DNA from: Selaginella moellendorffii
Taxonomy: Eukaryota; Plantae; Lycopodiophyta
NCBI RefSeq assembly: GCF_000143415.4
Contig: NW_003314271.1
Coordinates: 1,167,955-1,196,816, forward strand
Length of the DNA stretch: 28,862 nt
Reading direction: 5' to 3'
Under the pieces are notes generated by a model. It did not search any database. It saw only the letters and a program-made list of their open reading frames with translations, and was not told the DNA's origin. A program made the translations under genes and the position numbers. The stretch's first letter is position 1. The number at the start of each line of letters is the position of its first letter. This document shows, piece after piece, positions 1 through 10,714 of this stretch.

Positions 1-329
1 CATCTCGATCGGACACCACATGAGACCACACGAGCCTTACAATGTTTCAGGGGCATTTGCCATAGATCCGACCGTTATTTTGCTCCAAGATTCTACAGTT
101 TGGTGTGCATTGACCTTTCCATCGACACTGCAAAGGGACATCACAATCAGATGCGGGATCACAAGAAACCAACTTCACTAACTCTGGTTTCACCAAGATC
201 TACGTAAGGAGTTATGAAATGAAAGGACCCTCTCTATTGAAATGTGTTTATGGTCCTAAGGGCATTGTGACATATCCAAGGATTTTTCATCAAGTTCTGT
301 ATTTGCATGTTTATCAAGCTACTGAATTG

Positions 330-362
330 CTAAACCCTAAACCCTAAACCCTAACCCTAAAC
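330..362 (+). repeat. Interstitial plant telomere-like repeat (CCCTAAA)n with one CCCTAA variant
   Basis: Sequence reads ctaaaccctaaaccctaaaccctaaccctaaac, about 4.5 units. Confidence 0.9.
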
Positions 363-1221
363 ATGTGGCAAATGCTGCGTGAAGAAAGATGCCCTTTCTG
401 GGCAAATGCTGTAAGAGGCAGATGCCGAGCAGATGTATCTCAGGCTAGCGAAGGGGACAAACGAAAGCTAGCTATAAACATGACGGGATGCAAATAGATT
501 ACTAGGCTGGTCCTGCGAAAATCAAAAACCATAATTGAAAACATTGAAAATGCAAAAAGAAAGGTTTATAATATTTTTGAATTTTAAGCAACCAAAGGAA
601 TGTAAGTAGGGCATGTGTTTGTAAGTTTAAAAATGCCTCAGCCATATAAATTCCCAAGTAAATAAAGCTGTTTCTATTTTTGGTACAGGTAAACTTTATA
701 GCGTGTGGGCTCATGCAATTTTGAACCCAAAAATGCACCAAAAGATGCTCGACTAGCATTATTCTTTGAATGGCATGTGGCATTATATTGCCATAAATGG
801 ACGTACACACACAGCATAATTATTCCTTTACACGGCGAATAATCTTGGCGCGGATCGCTGACATGGCATGGCAAAGTTCGAATCACTGACATGGCACAGC
901 TGGATCGAGGCAAGGACATGATGTGACAAAGTTCAACCTCCGACAGCAAAGTCTAGAAGCTACTCAGTTTGAAATTTGTCAGAGGAATCATAAGATCTGG
1001 TTTGTCAGAGGATTTGATGTGACGTTCAAGCGTGTGTTATTTTTGAATTCTCGAACTCATTCCTAGGTCTATCATTTTTGTGCGCCGTGTTCTTGGTTCC
1101 GCTGAGCGCAGTGAGCGCTGCTTGTGTAAGCGGCGTTGTGAGCTGTGGTTTATGCGTCTACAAGCGGTTGCGGCATTGCGAGCGCCATTGCGAGCGGCAG
1201 TTTATGCGAGTGGCAGTTTGT

Positions 1222-1291
1222 GCGAGCGGCGCTACGAGCAGTTGCGGTGTTGCGAGCGGCGCTACGAGTAGTTGCGGTGTTGCGAGCGGCA
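1222..1291 (+). repeat. 30-bp tandem repeat (~2.3 copies) in a CpG-rich putative 5' UTR exon of the transposase gene
   Basis: GCGAGCGGCGCTACGAG(C/T)AGTTGCGGTGTT starts at 1222 and 1252, with a partial copy at 1282. Looser TGCGAG units lie at 1177-1210. Confidence 0.85.
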
Positions 1292-1345
1292 CTGTCTTTG
1301 GTGTGGCTACCGCTTCCTCTTGATATTCGGCACTTGTGCTTCCTG

Positions 1346-1655
1346 GTATGTTCACCATGGAATGGTTTAGGACCACATTTAGAAATGGCATGAGGCCACA
1401 TGCCATCTTGGGCCCTTGCAATTTCATGGCTAGCGTATTGTCATGTATGTTTTTACTTGCCTGCAACTGTGTGTATATCAAGATGGCATGAGGCCTCATG
1501 CCAATTTTGTGAATGCGAAATTTCATGTGGGTGTCAATAGCATGTTTGAATAATGGCATGTGGCCTCATGCTATTGAGGTTGTTTGGTATGTTATGATTT
1601 AGGCCATTCTCCAATCATTTTTTGTATGGTCTTAACTTCTTTTCTGCACTTTCAG
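1346..1655 (+). other. Predicted spliceosomal intron in the 5' UTR of the transposase gene
   Basis: Donor CTG|GTATGT at 1346; branch-like CTTAAC at 1631; pyrimidine tract and TTTCAG| ending at 1655, with the ATG at 1657. Confidence 0.6.
1385..1573. repeat. Three copies of the 20-bp palindrome TGGCATGAGGCCTCATGCCA in the intron
   Basis: Perfect copy at 1484-1503; 1-2 mismatch copies at 1386-1405 and 1554-1573. Related copies lie at ~700-718, ~769-795, ~3401-3420 and ~3458-3477. Confidence 0.85.
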
Positions 1656-1656
1656 A

Positions 1657-4136
1657 ATGGCCTTCAGGGTTGGGGAAAAGGTTTACATTTTGAATGGTGG
1701 GAAGAGAGTTGCAAAAGGGACCCTTGTGTCTATGGATCGGAACTTTGTTATACACTGTCAAAGGCTTGGGGAAGGCAATGCTGCTGTATCAGTAGAGACT
1801 GTCTTCGATGGGAATGTGGTCGCTATTGAACGAGGAGAGATGGTCGTCGGGGTAAATGTTGTTGTTGCCTTGAAAAATCTTCAGAAGAAAGCAGATGTTG
1901 GGGACAGCGCAAGTGCGACGCATGTTCCCTCCGTGGATCTTAAGAACCGTGCTACATGGATTCAGGCAAAGGTGTTTCTAAACAACCCCGAGGGGGAGGT
2001 GGTAGCTGAGGGCTTAGCCACAGTTGTCGATCCAAGAGATGCGGTTGCTAATCAAGAATTGGGCTGGGATGATATTGGAGTTGCAATTTTAGAGGTTGTT
2101 GACACAGAAGAAAACAGTCTGACTATTGGAAGCATTGTGCGGTGGAAATTGAGGCATTTAGTGTTTGAGAATGTGAAGGATTCACAATCAAACACCACTA
2201 CAACTGATGACAGAACATCTCTTCATGGGAAAAGAAAGTACACCTTCCTACAGCGCAGCCAAAGGGATCTGAGCAACGAACCGAAAAGGCAGAAAATGGC
2301 GATGGAGGTTCGAATGGTCTCGACAGTTGCTTGTTGCAAGAGGAGGTGCTGTCAACATGCTGATTGGGATGCTATTGAAGAGGAGAGAGCAAGATACAAG
2401 ACATTGTCCTGGAAGGTAGCTCGCAATTTTGTGTATGAGGCATTACGGTCATCTGTTGATGCTTCAGAACATCAGGTGGGGGGCATGGTCTTCCAGAGGG
2501 GTTTGGTCTGCATGAAGGCATGGAGAATCATTTATGGAGTCCCTCGAACCACATTCTACAGAATCAAAACTGAGTTCGAGGAACAAAGGGTTCAACAGGC
2601 AGTCCATGGGAACGACGGTACGCACAAAACCAGGGGTCATGTTGTATATGGAGAGGCAATCTTCAAGAGGTTTGTCGAGACATGTAGCGAGTAGCAACCA
2701 CATAAAACCCGCCTCTTGGAAGATGGAACACGAGACACCCAACGAGTTCTCCCTTCCATGTATACCAAGGGGGCCATATTGGAAGATGTGAATCGGGAAC
2801 TCCAGAGTAATGGCTACAGGAAGCTGAGCCAATCTAGATTTAGTAGATTGTGGAGCAACAGGTTCAGGGATGTGAGTATAGGAAAGTACTCCAGCTTTTC
2901 AAAGTGTGACGAGTGCACTGCTATCAAAATGGCTTTGTCGAAGAATTCTTGCAGCGCTCAAGAGCGAGAGACGTTGGTTAGAAGGCGGCTCGACCACAAC
3001 ATCGAGCAGAGAAGCTGCAGGACTGCATATTATCATAACAGGATTCTCTCCATGGAGAGACCTGACTCTTACCTCTGCATCATCCACGACAAAATGGATC
3101 AGAAAAAGACGTGCTTACCTCGACTCAATCCTGCCCCCAAGGCAATCTCTTCATCCATGCAGCTGCCTGTGTCTCTGTTTGGCATAATCGCTCATGGGCA
3201 TGGTGCCCAGAACTATGGGAACTTCTTTGTGCCTCTATGGGGTGGCGGGGGTGCAAACATGATGATTGCGTCCTTAGCAAAACACTTAAGGTCTCTGCAA
3301 AGTGCGCAGACTGAGCTGAACGGCCAACCCTTGCATAAGGCCCTTGTCGATCGAACCCCATACAGGGTTCAGCTGGAGGAGGAGCAAAGGCTTGCAGTAT
3401 CGCGTGGGGCCCCATGCCATCCTAGTGAATATGTTGGCCGTCAGATTGTAGGGTTATCACGTGAGGCCTCATGCCATTACGACGAGGCTGGTCGCCCGGT
3501 GAATGCACAGCCTCATCCAAACGAAGCAGAATCTCAAGGAAGTTCTTGCGGCCGATGTGGCCTTCCACCCCATCTTCTGCTCCAAACAGACAATGCTGGC
3601 AGTGAGAACAAAAACATGTACGTCTTCGCGTACTTGGCGATGCTTGTTGCCAAAGGCATATTTGAAATGGTTACACTTGGCTTTCTCATGGTTGGGCACA
3701 CTCATGAAGACGTCGATGCCATGTTCAGTCACCTGGCAGAGTCCCTCCGGCGATCCAATGTCCTCACCCTCCCACAACTCTACGATGAATTCCAAAATTG
3801 CATCAAAGGCACTGTTGAAGCTGCACTTGTGACAGAGGTTCCAGACTTTAAGGGGTTTGTAAGAGGCTACATCAGGGACGGATCCGAAACGCTGATTGGC
3901 CACTCCAAGCCTCTTCAGTTTCATTTCAGCATGCGTGACGGTGCTCCAGTGATGAGGTACAAGATGAGAGAATGGGACACAGTGTGGCTGCCAGTGGATG
4001 GCATTGAACTCTTCAAGAGAGATCCCATAATTGGGGAACCTATGATTCCTCAGGTTCCCCACGGCCGATGCACCCGGATGACTCAAAGACCAGGAAAGTA
4101 TAGTGGCCGGGATTAGACAGCATATTGCCTTCTGGA
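1657..4136 (+). pseudogene. DDD-type DNA transposase (Sola-like / DUF7869-like), ~820 aa, with one in-frame stop and frameshift(s) near the gap; truncated by the gap
   Basis: ORFs 1657-2694 and 2716-4116 are in the same frame, separated only by TAG at 2692-2694 (TCSE*QPHKTRLL). Motifs: CCKRRC, FSKCDEC, IIHDKMDQ, LQTDNAGSENKN, GFLMVGHTHEDVDAMFS. After ~4050 the plausible frame shifts to KDQESIVAGIRQHIAFW. Confidence 0.8.
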
Positions 4137-4236
4137 NNNNNNNNNNNNNNNNNNNNNNNNNNNNNNNNNNNNNNNNNNNNNNNNNNNNNNNNNNNNNNNN
4201 NNNNNNNNNNNNNNNNNNNNNNNNNNNNNNNNNNNN
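4137..4236. other. Assembly gap (100 N)
   Basis: Exactly 100 Ns, typical of a scaffold gap of unknown size, so the two flanks need not be physically adjacent. Confidence 0.98.
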
Positions 4237-4648
4237 ACTCGTCTGGACACAAAGTCACCGCGCTAGTCACCATGCCCCAGATATGTCTAGCCCCTGGACA
4301 AAAAACATATAATTTCACGTCATTTTCAAATACTTGAAAATTTGTACCTAGTCCCATTTTACTGAATAAATCCCACTTTAACGAAATAGAGCTTAGCAAC
4401 AAACAGCAGCAAAAATCTGTAAGTCCCAAGCTACCTTTGGATCAACGCCACCTGAGCAAATATCAACAGTTGAACTTGAGTTAACTTCATCACCAATATC
4501 CACCATTGATGTGCAATCAAGCCAAATCAAACCACATCAATTCCATCAACAAATCTCTACCGTTCATCACCAGCAATCGAGTGCCGCAAGATCAGCAAAC
4601 CAACAGGTTTCAAGAATCTTAACGGGGTGAGCACTTTGATCACAGAAA

Positions 4649-5786
4649 ATGAAGAGAAAGATGCCAGCTCATCCATCCTGGCGCCTCAGATACGTCATAC
4701 ACCAGATTCCTAGGCTTCCCAGCAACGACACAACCACCTGGCTCAAGGACCATGGATTCGAGCTCCTCCACAAGGCCTTTTCAACACACCCTGATAAAAA
4801 ACTAGCGAGGAAGCTGGCTGCCTCCTTCAACCCCAAGAACAGCACCATAACCGACGGCACCAACGAGATCACCCTCAGCCCAGCAAGAATCGCCTCTGTT
4901 TTCAAAATCTCCAACAAGGGACTGCTCAAATTCTCAGGAGAAGTACCACAGCAAATCATCAAGGCCAATCGAGAAGTTACCGGTGAGCTCACACGGGAGG
5001 ACATTGAGGAGCAGCATATGGATCGCCTCAAAGCCCTCCTCCTCTACTACAAACTTCACCCAACAGATCGCACCATCGGCAAGCGCACAGCAGAAGTCTA
5101 CAGAGCTCTACTTGACGGCAAACTTGTGAACGTGGCTCATCATCTCCACGAGCTCCTTCTCAAAGCTTCTCGACTGTGCCATCCTCGCCACACTCAACAG
5201 GAAGACCATGCAGACAGTAATATTCCCACTACTGATCGCTCTACACCAAGCTCTTCCCAACAAGCAACCATGGACAACCCAAACAAACTCCACAGAACAA
5301 AGTGACAGCTCCGAAGAACACTCAGAATCAGAAGGAGCAACTCCCAGCAAGAAATCGAAGCCAGTATCTCAACAATCAGGCTCAACTCACTCCAACAACA
5401 CCAGCTCCAGCAACAAACACTCCGACGATTCAACTCCACTTTGCCGCCACCTCACACGCAAAACACCAGCGAATCCAGCTCCAAAACCGCTGATCTGAGA
5501 GCACCTCATCATCAGCGACAATGAAGACAACTCACAGCAGCTTCCACACTCAACCCAGAACCCACATCCACTCGAATCAACCCCAAAACCAACAACTTCT
5601 CACAAACACATCAACATCGCCAAAGGAAAACGTCAGCTGCTCGCCCAGATCTTAGTTTCTCTACCAGCTGAGAACAACATTCTCACCACCCCGACCTCCT
5701 CGACACGTTCCACAAAGGAAAACATCGACTACCTTTGCCAATCACTTAAAGAACACGCAACCATCCTCCTCCAGCAAATACCATGA
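4649..5786 (+). pseudogene. Retrotransposon accessory ORF A, resembling plant-mobile-domain / 'putative plant transposon protein' ORFs, with a Ser/Thr/Pro-rich tail
   Basis: Frame 4649-~5190 gives SFNPKNSTIT..EITLSPARIASVFKISNKG and GKLVNVAHHLHELL. It shifts into the 5208 frame (VIFPLLIALHQAL), passes an in-frame TGA at 5496-5498 and stays open to TGA 5784-5786. Confidence 0.55.
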
Positions 5787-5841
5787 CCAGCATTAACAAA
5801 AATTCCGCCCCTTCAACAAATTCCAAGCAGAAAATTTCCCA

Positions 5842-6645
5842 ATGGATAAATTAATTTCAGCACCACAACTGGGCCGTTCATCCACCATCAAACTGAAAAG
5901 CTCATCTCCAACCACCTCAAAGAATCCAGCCCGACCACGTCACCCACATCCAACGAAGCAGATTCAGCCTCCAGCAACTTCAACTCCCGGGACCAAGAAC
6001 ACAGCGAACCCTAGCAAGAAACACCAGGATCACGGAGCAGGATCAGGAGCAGCAGCCATGCCTCAGCCACAGAGTCAGGTACACCGTGACTACAATGAGA
6101 TCAGGAAGGAGTACAAAGATAAACTTCGCAACCCAAGCTATTGCACCTGCAAGTTGTTTGAAGCCCTCGATTAACGCATGCACCGCAAGCAAGCAAACCA
6201 CTTCCCAACACCAGCCGACATCGCACAGCATCTTCTCAAGCAAGACTCCTTCATATACACCCGGGGAGCGATCAAGAAGGAGTTCTATGAGCCTTTAAAC
6301 CACCGGCTAGATACTCAGCTTGAAGAGATGAAGCAGATCCGCACTGACCTCTGGGACATCAAGAAGATCGTCTCCAAGCAGCCATCAACCCCATCAACAG
6401 CTCACGAATTCACCTACAAATTCAAATACGAAGAGCTCAACACCCACTACCGGAAGCTCGAGGATGATCATACTGCCCTCCTGGCTGAGGTAGCCAACCT
6501 CCAGGAAGATGGGACAGATCCACCAGACAGTGTCCCTAACCATGAGCTTACACTCCCGCAGCAAAAACGTCGCCTCTATCAACTTGAGCAGCAGCAACAA
6601 CAAGCGATGGAGACTGACTATGTTCGCACCAAGGACGGTGTCTAG
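5842..6645 (+). pseudogene. Retrotransposon accessory ORF B, disordered N-terminus plus predicted coiled-coil region, function unknown
   Basis: ORFs 5842-6174 and 6178-6645 are in the same frame, split by one TAA (6172-6174). Heptad-like segments LDTQLEEMKQIRTDLWDIKK and YEELNTHYRKLEDDHTALLAEVANLQ. The stop lies just before the PPT. Confidence 0.55.
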
Positions 6646-6664
6646 TTTTGTCAGGGGAGCAGAC

Positions 6665-6982
6665 TGTATCAACCAAAAACCCAGGCTTAGGGGACTCCGA
6701 CCTTGAACCCAGGGCTGCATCAGAGCCATAGATTAAATCATGCATAGCATATAGTATATGCTAGTAGTTAGAACCACTAGCCTTTCAAAGGGGGGAATCC
6801 AAATTGTGGATCCCTATCTCCATTCCATCATTTTTCTTATCAATACACAACATTTTCTTACTCGTGCTTCTTCTCAGCCCTTGGAGATCAGGCCCTTTTC
6901 TCTTTTGTTTTCTTACTAACAATAGATTTCCAGTGAAGAGGAGTTTTCACACCTCTTCACCCTCTTAGGTCAGGCTGTGACA
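6665..6982 (+). repeat. 3' LTR (~318 bp)
   Basis: Starts TGTATC after the purine tract and ends TGTGACA at the junction with the host pol. Contains a 9-bp stem GTGAAGAGG/CCTCTTCAC at 6933-6960. Confidence 0.65.
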
Positions 6983-8790
6983 AGAAATGTTTCGTTGCCA
7001 CATTATCCATATAAACTTTGAAATGCCTCCCAAGGTAATGTTGCCACTCCTTGAGTGCCTTGACCACCACAAATAATTACTTCTCGTGGGTAGGCCACCT
7101 TTGTTGAGCCTTGTCCAACTTCTTCGTGAAGAATGCCACTAGATGGTTATCTTGCTTCAAAACTACACTCAACACAAAGTCTGGAGCGTTCGTTTCTACT
7201 TCAAAGTCCTTACTAAAGTCTGGTAGCACCAACATAGGAGTCTTCCTCAACTTCTCTTTGAGGTGGATAAATATCGCCTCACATTCCACTATCTATACCA
7301 TCTTTGCTTTTCCCATTTGGTCCATTAAAAGCAAAGTTATTCTCAAATAGTGTTTAATAAACTTTCGGTAGTAGTTGCATAACCCTAAGAATACCCTTAA
7401 TTCATGTATATTAGATGGTCGTTCCCATTCTTGGATCACTTGGATCTTCTCAGGGTCCACCTTGAGCCCATCCTTGCCCACCACATGCCCAAGAAACTTT
7501 ACCTCTTATTGAGCAAAGTCATATTTGCTCTCTTTAACATGCAGTTGGTGTTCCCTTAGTTTTTCAAACACCTTTGTCAAGTGTTTGGCATGCTCCTCTA
7601 GTGTCTCGCTATAGATCAGGATGTCATCAATATAGACGACTGCGAAGTGATCTAAATAGGGTATAAAAATGTGGTTCATCAACACTGAAAACATTGCCAG
7701 CGCATTACACAGCCCAAAGGGCATCACCAGAAACTCAAAGCTCCCATACTTTGCTCGATAGATTGTCTTCTTGACATCTTCCTCTGCTATCCTGATCTGG
7801 TAATATCCTGACCTTAGATCCATCCTCGAGAAGTATTTTGCCTTTCCTAACCTATTGAACAAGTCCTCAATCCTTGGCAAAAGGTACTTGTTCTTTTTTA
7901 TATACTTATTGAGCAATTGGTAGTCTATGAATATGTGTATAGATCCATTTTTCTTTTTCACAAATAACACTAGTGCCTCATATGGCGACTTGCTCAACCT
8001 AATATATCCTTTATCCAATAACTCTTCTAATTGGCATTTGAGCTCCTCGAGTACCTTTTTGTTCAAACGATAGGGGGGACAAACCACTGCCTTAACACCC
8101 TCGACCAGCTTAATTTTATATTTTATCAATCGTGTAGGGGGTAACCCCACAGGTAGCTCCTCCGACATAGTATCTTGGAATTGGTCCAACACCCGCTGGA
8201 TCACTAAATGTACTTCTTTCGTTTCCATTTTTTTGTCACTCCTCATTGAGAATAAGCACAAAAATGCTGCCTTGATTCTTTTAGTGAGTTGTCCTCTTGT
8301 GGATACCAAGTTTAAACAAGAGTCTTTGGCCTTACATTGCTCTACCTTTAGATCTTGGGCCTCCACCCTGGATTTTTCTCCCCGGACATTTGCCAATACC
8401 ACAAGGTTCTTGTTTTGTCCATCCAGGGCTATTACGAACCGATTGAACCAATCCATCCCAAAGATTACGTCAAATCCTGCCATGTCCAACACAGTGAAAT
8501 CTATATCTACTTTCTATGTCCCTACTTTGACTTTAGCTTGTCGAAGTATCTCATCAATGCTTTGGTTACTTTGAACAAACTCTATAGTCTTTTGTTCGCC
8601 TAGCTGTTGCACCATTAGTCTGGCTTGCCAGACTATATTTGCAACCACAAAATTATCCGAAGGACTCGTGTCAATAAGAATCTTAACAAAGCTACCTCTA
8701 AGCTTCCCTCGGAGTGCTAGTAGATGTTGCAAACGACTCTCTACCAAAGTTGCTTGTGTAATGAATAACTTTGAGCTAAGGACTAGATCA
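6983..8790 (-). pseudogene. pol: pol: aspartic protease, reverse transcriptase and RNase H, with stops and frameshifts; integrase not in view
   Basis: LIDTSPSDNFV and FDVIFGMDWF (PR); LPRIEDL, DLRSGYYQI, VMPFGLCNA and VYIDDILIYS (RT); FLGLCNYYRKFI; LPDFSKDFEVETNAPD and AQQRWPTHEK (RH). Confidence 0.93.
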
Positions 8791-10655
8791 ATTTGGATTT
8801 CACCCAATTTAATGGTCATATTGGCTTTGGCCTTCTTTGGGTAGGGACATTCCCTCAAAAAGTGTCCTGCTTTGCCACAGTTGAAGTATATGTTGTTTTT
8901 CATGCTACTAGCAAATTTGACATTTTTATCCGTGGTTTTATCCCTTTACGCTTGACTCCCCCATATACTTGCTTGCTGGCCACCGGATCTGCCTTTCCGG
9001 AACCTTAAGGACTCATTCTTAGAGAAACTCTTCTTGAATTTCCCTTTGCCATATGTCCTCTTTGGTTTGGCCCTTTTGCTAAATGTGGACCTTAACCCCG
9101 TTGTGTTACCCTTTTGCAAGTTATCATCAAAATGCACCTTGATAGCTGCATCCAATGCTTCCTTGTAGTTGGTCGAGTTCCAACGCATCACCTCACTTCA
9201 AGCCCAAGTCTGCAAGCTTGATATGAAGGCATGGAATGCATCTATACCGCATATGTCTGTGATAAGGATCCTCTTTGCCATGAATGCATTCACATACTCT
9301 TGAATAGTTTCTGCTTGCTTCATCCTGCTCTGCTCATCACTTAGGTGTAAAGTAGCATTCGGTGGAACATAGGTTGCACAGATCCTCACCTTCATCATTT
9401 CCCAAGTAGCAACCGGTCCTTCATTGGCCTTTGTTATTTTTCACCAAGACTTAGCATTATCTACTAAGTATGGTTTTGCACATGGGACTTTCTTCGAACT
9501 CGATAACCACAACATTCGGAAGTAATCTTCCATATTGTAAAACCAATCCTCCACCACCTTATAGTCGTTCACTCCCTTGAAAACTAGTGGGGGGTTTGGT
9601 TTATACTTGGGAACTGCTTCGGGGACTGATTCCACTTTGGTTTGTTTGAATTTATTTAGTTCTGCCTCGGTCCCACTAAAGGGACCACGCCTTCTGCACT
9701 GCCAACCTCTGCAGTCTTTGGATTTTTCTTTCGCTTTTTGTCACACTTTAGCTTACATACGAGGGTCTCTAACAAGGCATTGGTCTATGTCAATTGTCCT
9801 TCTAGAATGTCCAATTAAGCCTTAGACGACCGAACCTCTCCACTAGACTTCTATTTGGAAGATTCCTCACTGGAGTCCTCCTCGTGCAAGGATTCTTCAT
9901 CCATATGTTTTTGTTCGACCAGAGGCTCCAGATCCGGAGGAAGTTCCGTCTGTAGCGCACCCTATTTCTGTCCCCTTAAGCCAACTGGAAAAGGGGCAAT
10001 TGCTTGATGAGAAAGCCCTTAGTGGCTATTTTATCCCTATTTATCCCCCAAGGTTCTAAGGATCCACGGTGATAGTATATCCAAATTTCATCCTATGATC
10101 ACATGCGCTATACTCACCCCCCTTTCAGAGATGTCAATGTCCTCATTGACTATTGACTAATAACCCCGACTGAGTCAAGGGGAACCAACACCTCCATTTC
10201 CGCACTCAATCTACCAATTGTGTAGACTAGCTATTCCATGTGAGACAACTAATCATCCACCTATACCGCAGTCCTATGGTGGATACTTTTGTCTGTAGAT
10301 ACTCCACACAAGAGGAAGGACGTACGCATGGATACCCAATGCGTATGATTTCAAATTTAAGGGTAGGAATATATCTTGCTCAAGGGTATATTATATTTGA
10401 AGTAACCACTAATCAATGGGAATCGAACCCATGCCATTTGCTCTGATACCAACTGTAGTGCACCTTTTCTCTCTCCCTTTAAGCCAACTGGAAAATGGGC
10501 AATTGCTTGATGAAAGAGCCCTTAGTGGCAATTTTATCTCTATTTATCCCCCAAGGTTTTAAGGATCCACGGTGATAATATATTCAAATCTCATCCCATG
10601 ATCACATGCACTACACCATCTCTGCTTTGATTCTTTTACGCCTTGCCTTTGCCAT
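8791..10655 (-). pseudogene. gag: gag with zinc knuckle, split by the TRIM at 9951-10615
   Basis: ATG at 10655 reads MAKARRKRIKAEM and rejoins ELPPDLEPLVEQ in frame once the TRIM and one TSD copy are removed. Also PPLVFKG..VEDWFYNMEDYF, QAETIQEYVNAF and the degenerate CCHC YFNCGKAGHFLREC. Confidence 0.85.
9951..10615 (-). mobile_element. TRIM (terminal-repeat retrotransposon in miniature), 665 bp, complete
   Basis: 162-bp LTRs at 9951-10112 and 10454-10615; PBS TGGTATCAGAGC (10440-10451, minus strand); PPT GAAAGGGGGTGAG adjacent to 10113; 5-bp TSD CCGTC/CCATC; no ORF. Confidence 0.93.
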
Positions 10656-10698
10656 CTCCCAACAATTCACCTCTATCCTTTTCTAGAACTAAGGAAAA

Positions 10699-10711
10699 GG
10701 CTCCAATACTA
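10699..10711 (-). promoter_or_regulatory. Degenerate tRNA-iMet primer binding site
   Basis: TAGTATTGGAGCC on the minus strand, 3 nt after the LTR end CTTACA; compare TGGTATCGGAGC at 24832. Confidence 0.7.
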
Positions 10712-10714
10712 AAT

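Larger units (their letters stand above)
4237..6982 (+). mobile_element. 3' portion of an LTR retrotransposon (probably Ty3/gypsy) with accessory ORFs, PPT and 3' LTR
   Basis: Two decayed ORFs are followed by an AAGGAC motif, a purine tract AGGGGAGCAGA (6653-6663) and TG...CA-bounded sequence that abuts the interrupted RNase H frame of the next element. Confidence 0.7.

Noticed and set aside
1-480. Possible terminal exons of an upstream gene (open frames at 1-204, GTAAG donor at ~204)
   Set aside because: Two frames are open, neither gives a recognisable protein, and no convincing acceptor was found.
1078-1559. Several short overlapping ORFs
   Set aside because: Produced by the GC-rich 30-bp repeat in the putative 5' UTR; no domain evidence.
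4040-4429. ORFs spanning the N run and a link between the transposase and the retroelement ORFs
   Set aside because: They cross an assembly gap of unknown size. Frameshifts near 4050-4100 may be contig-end errors.
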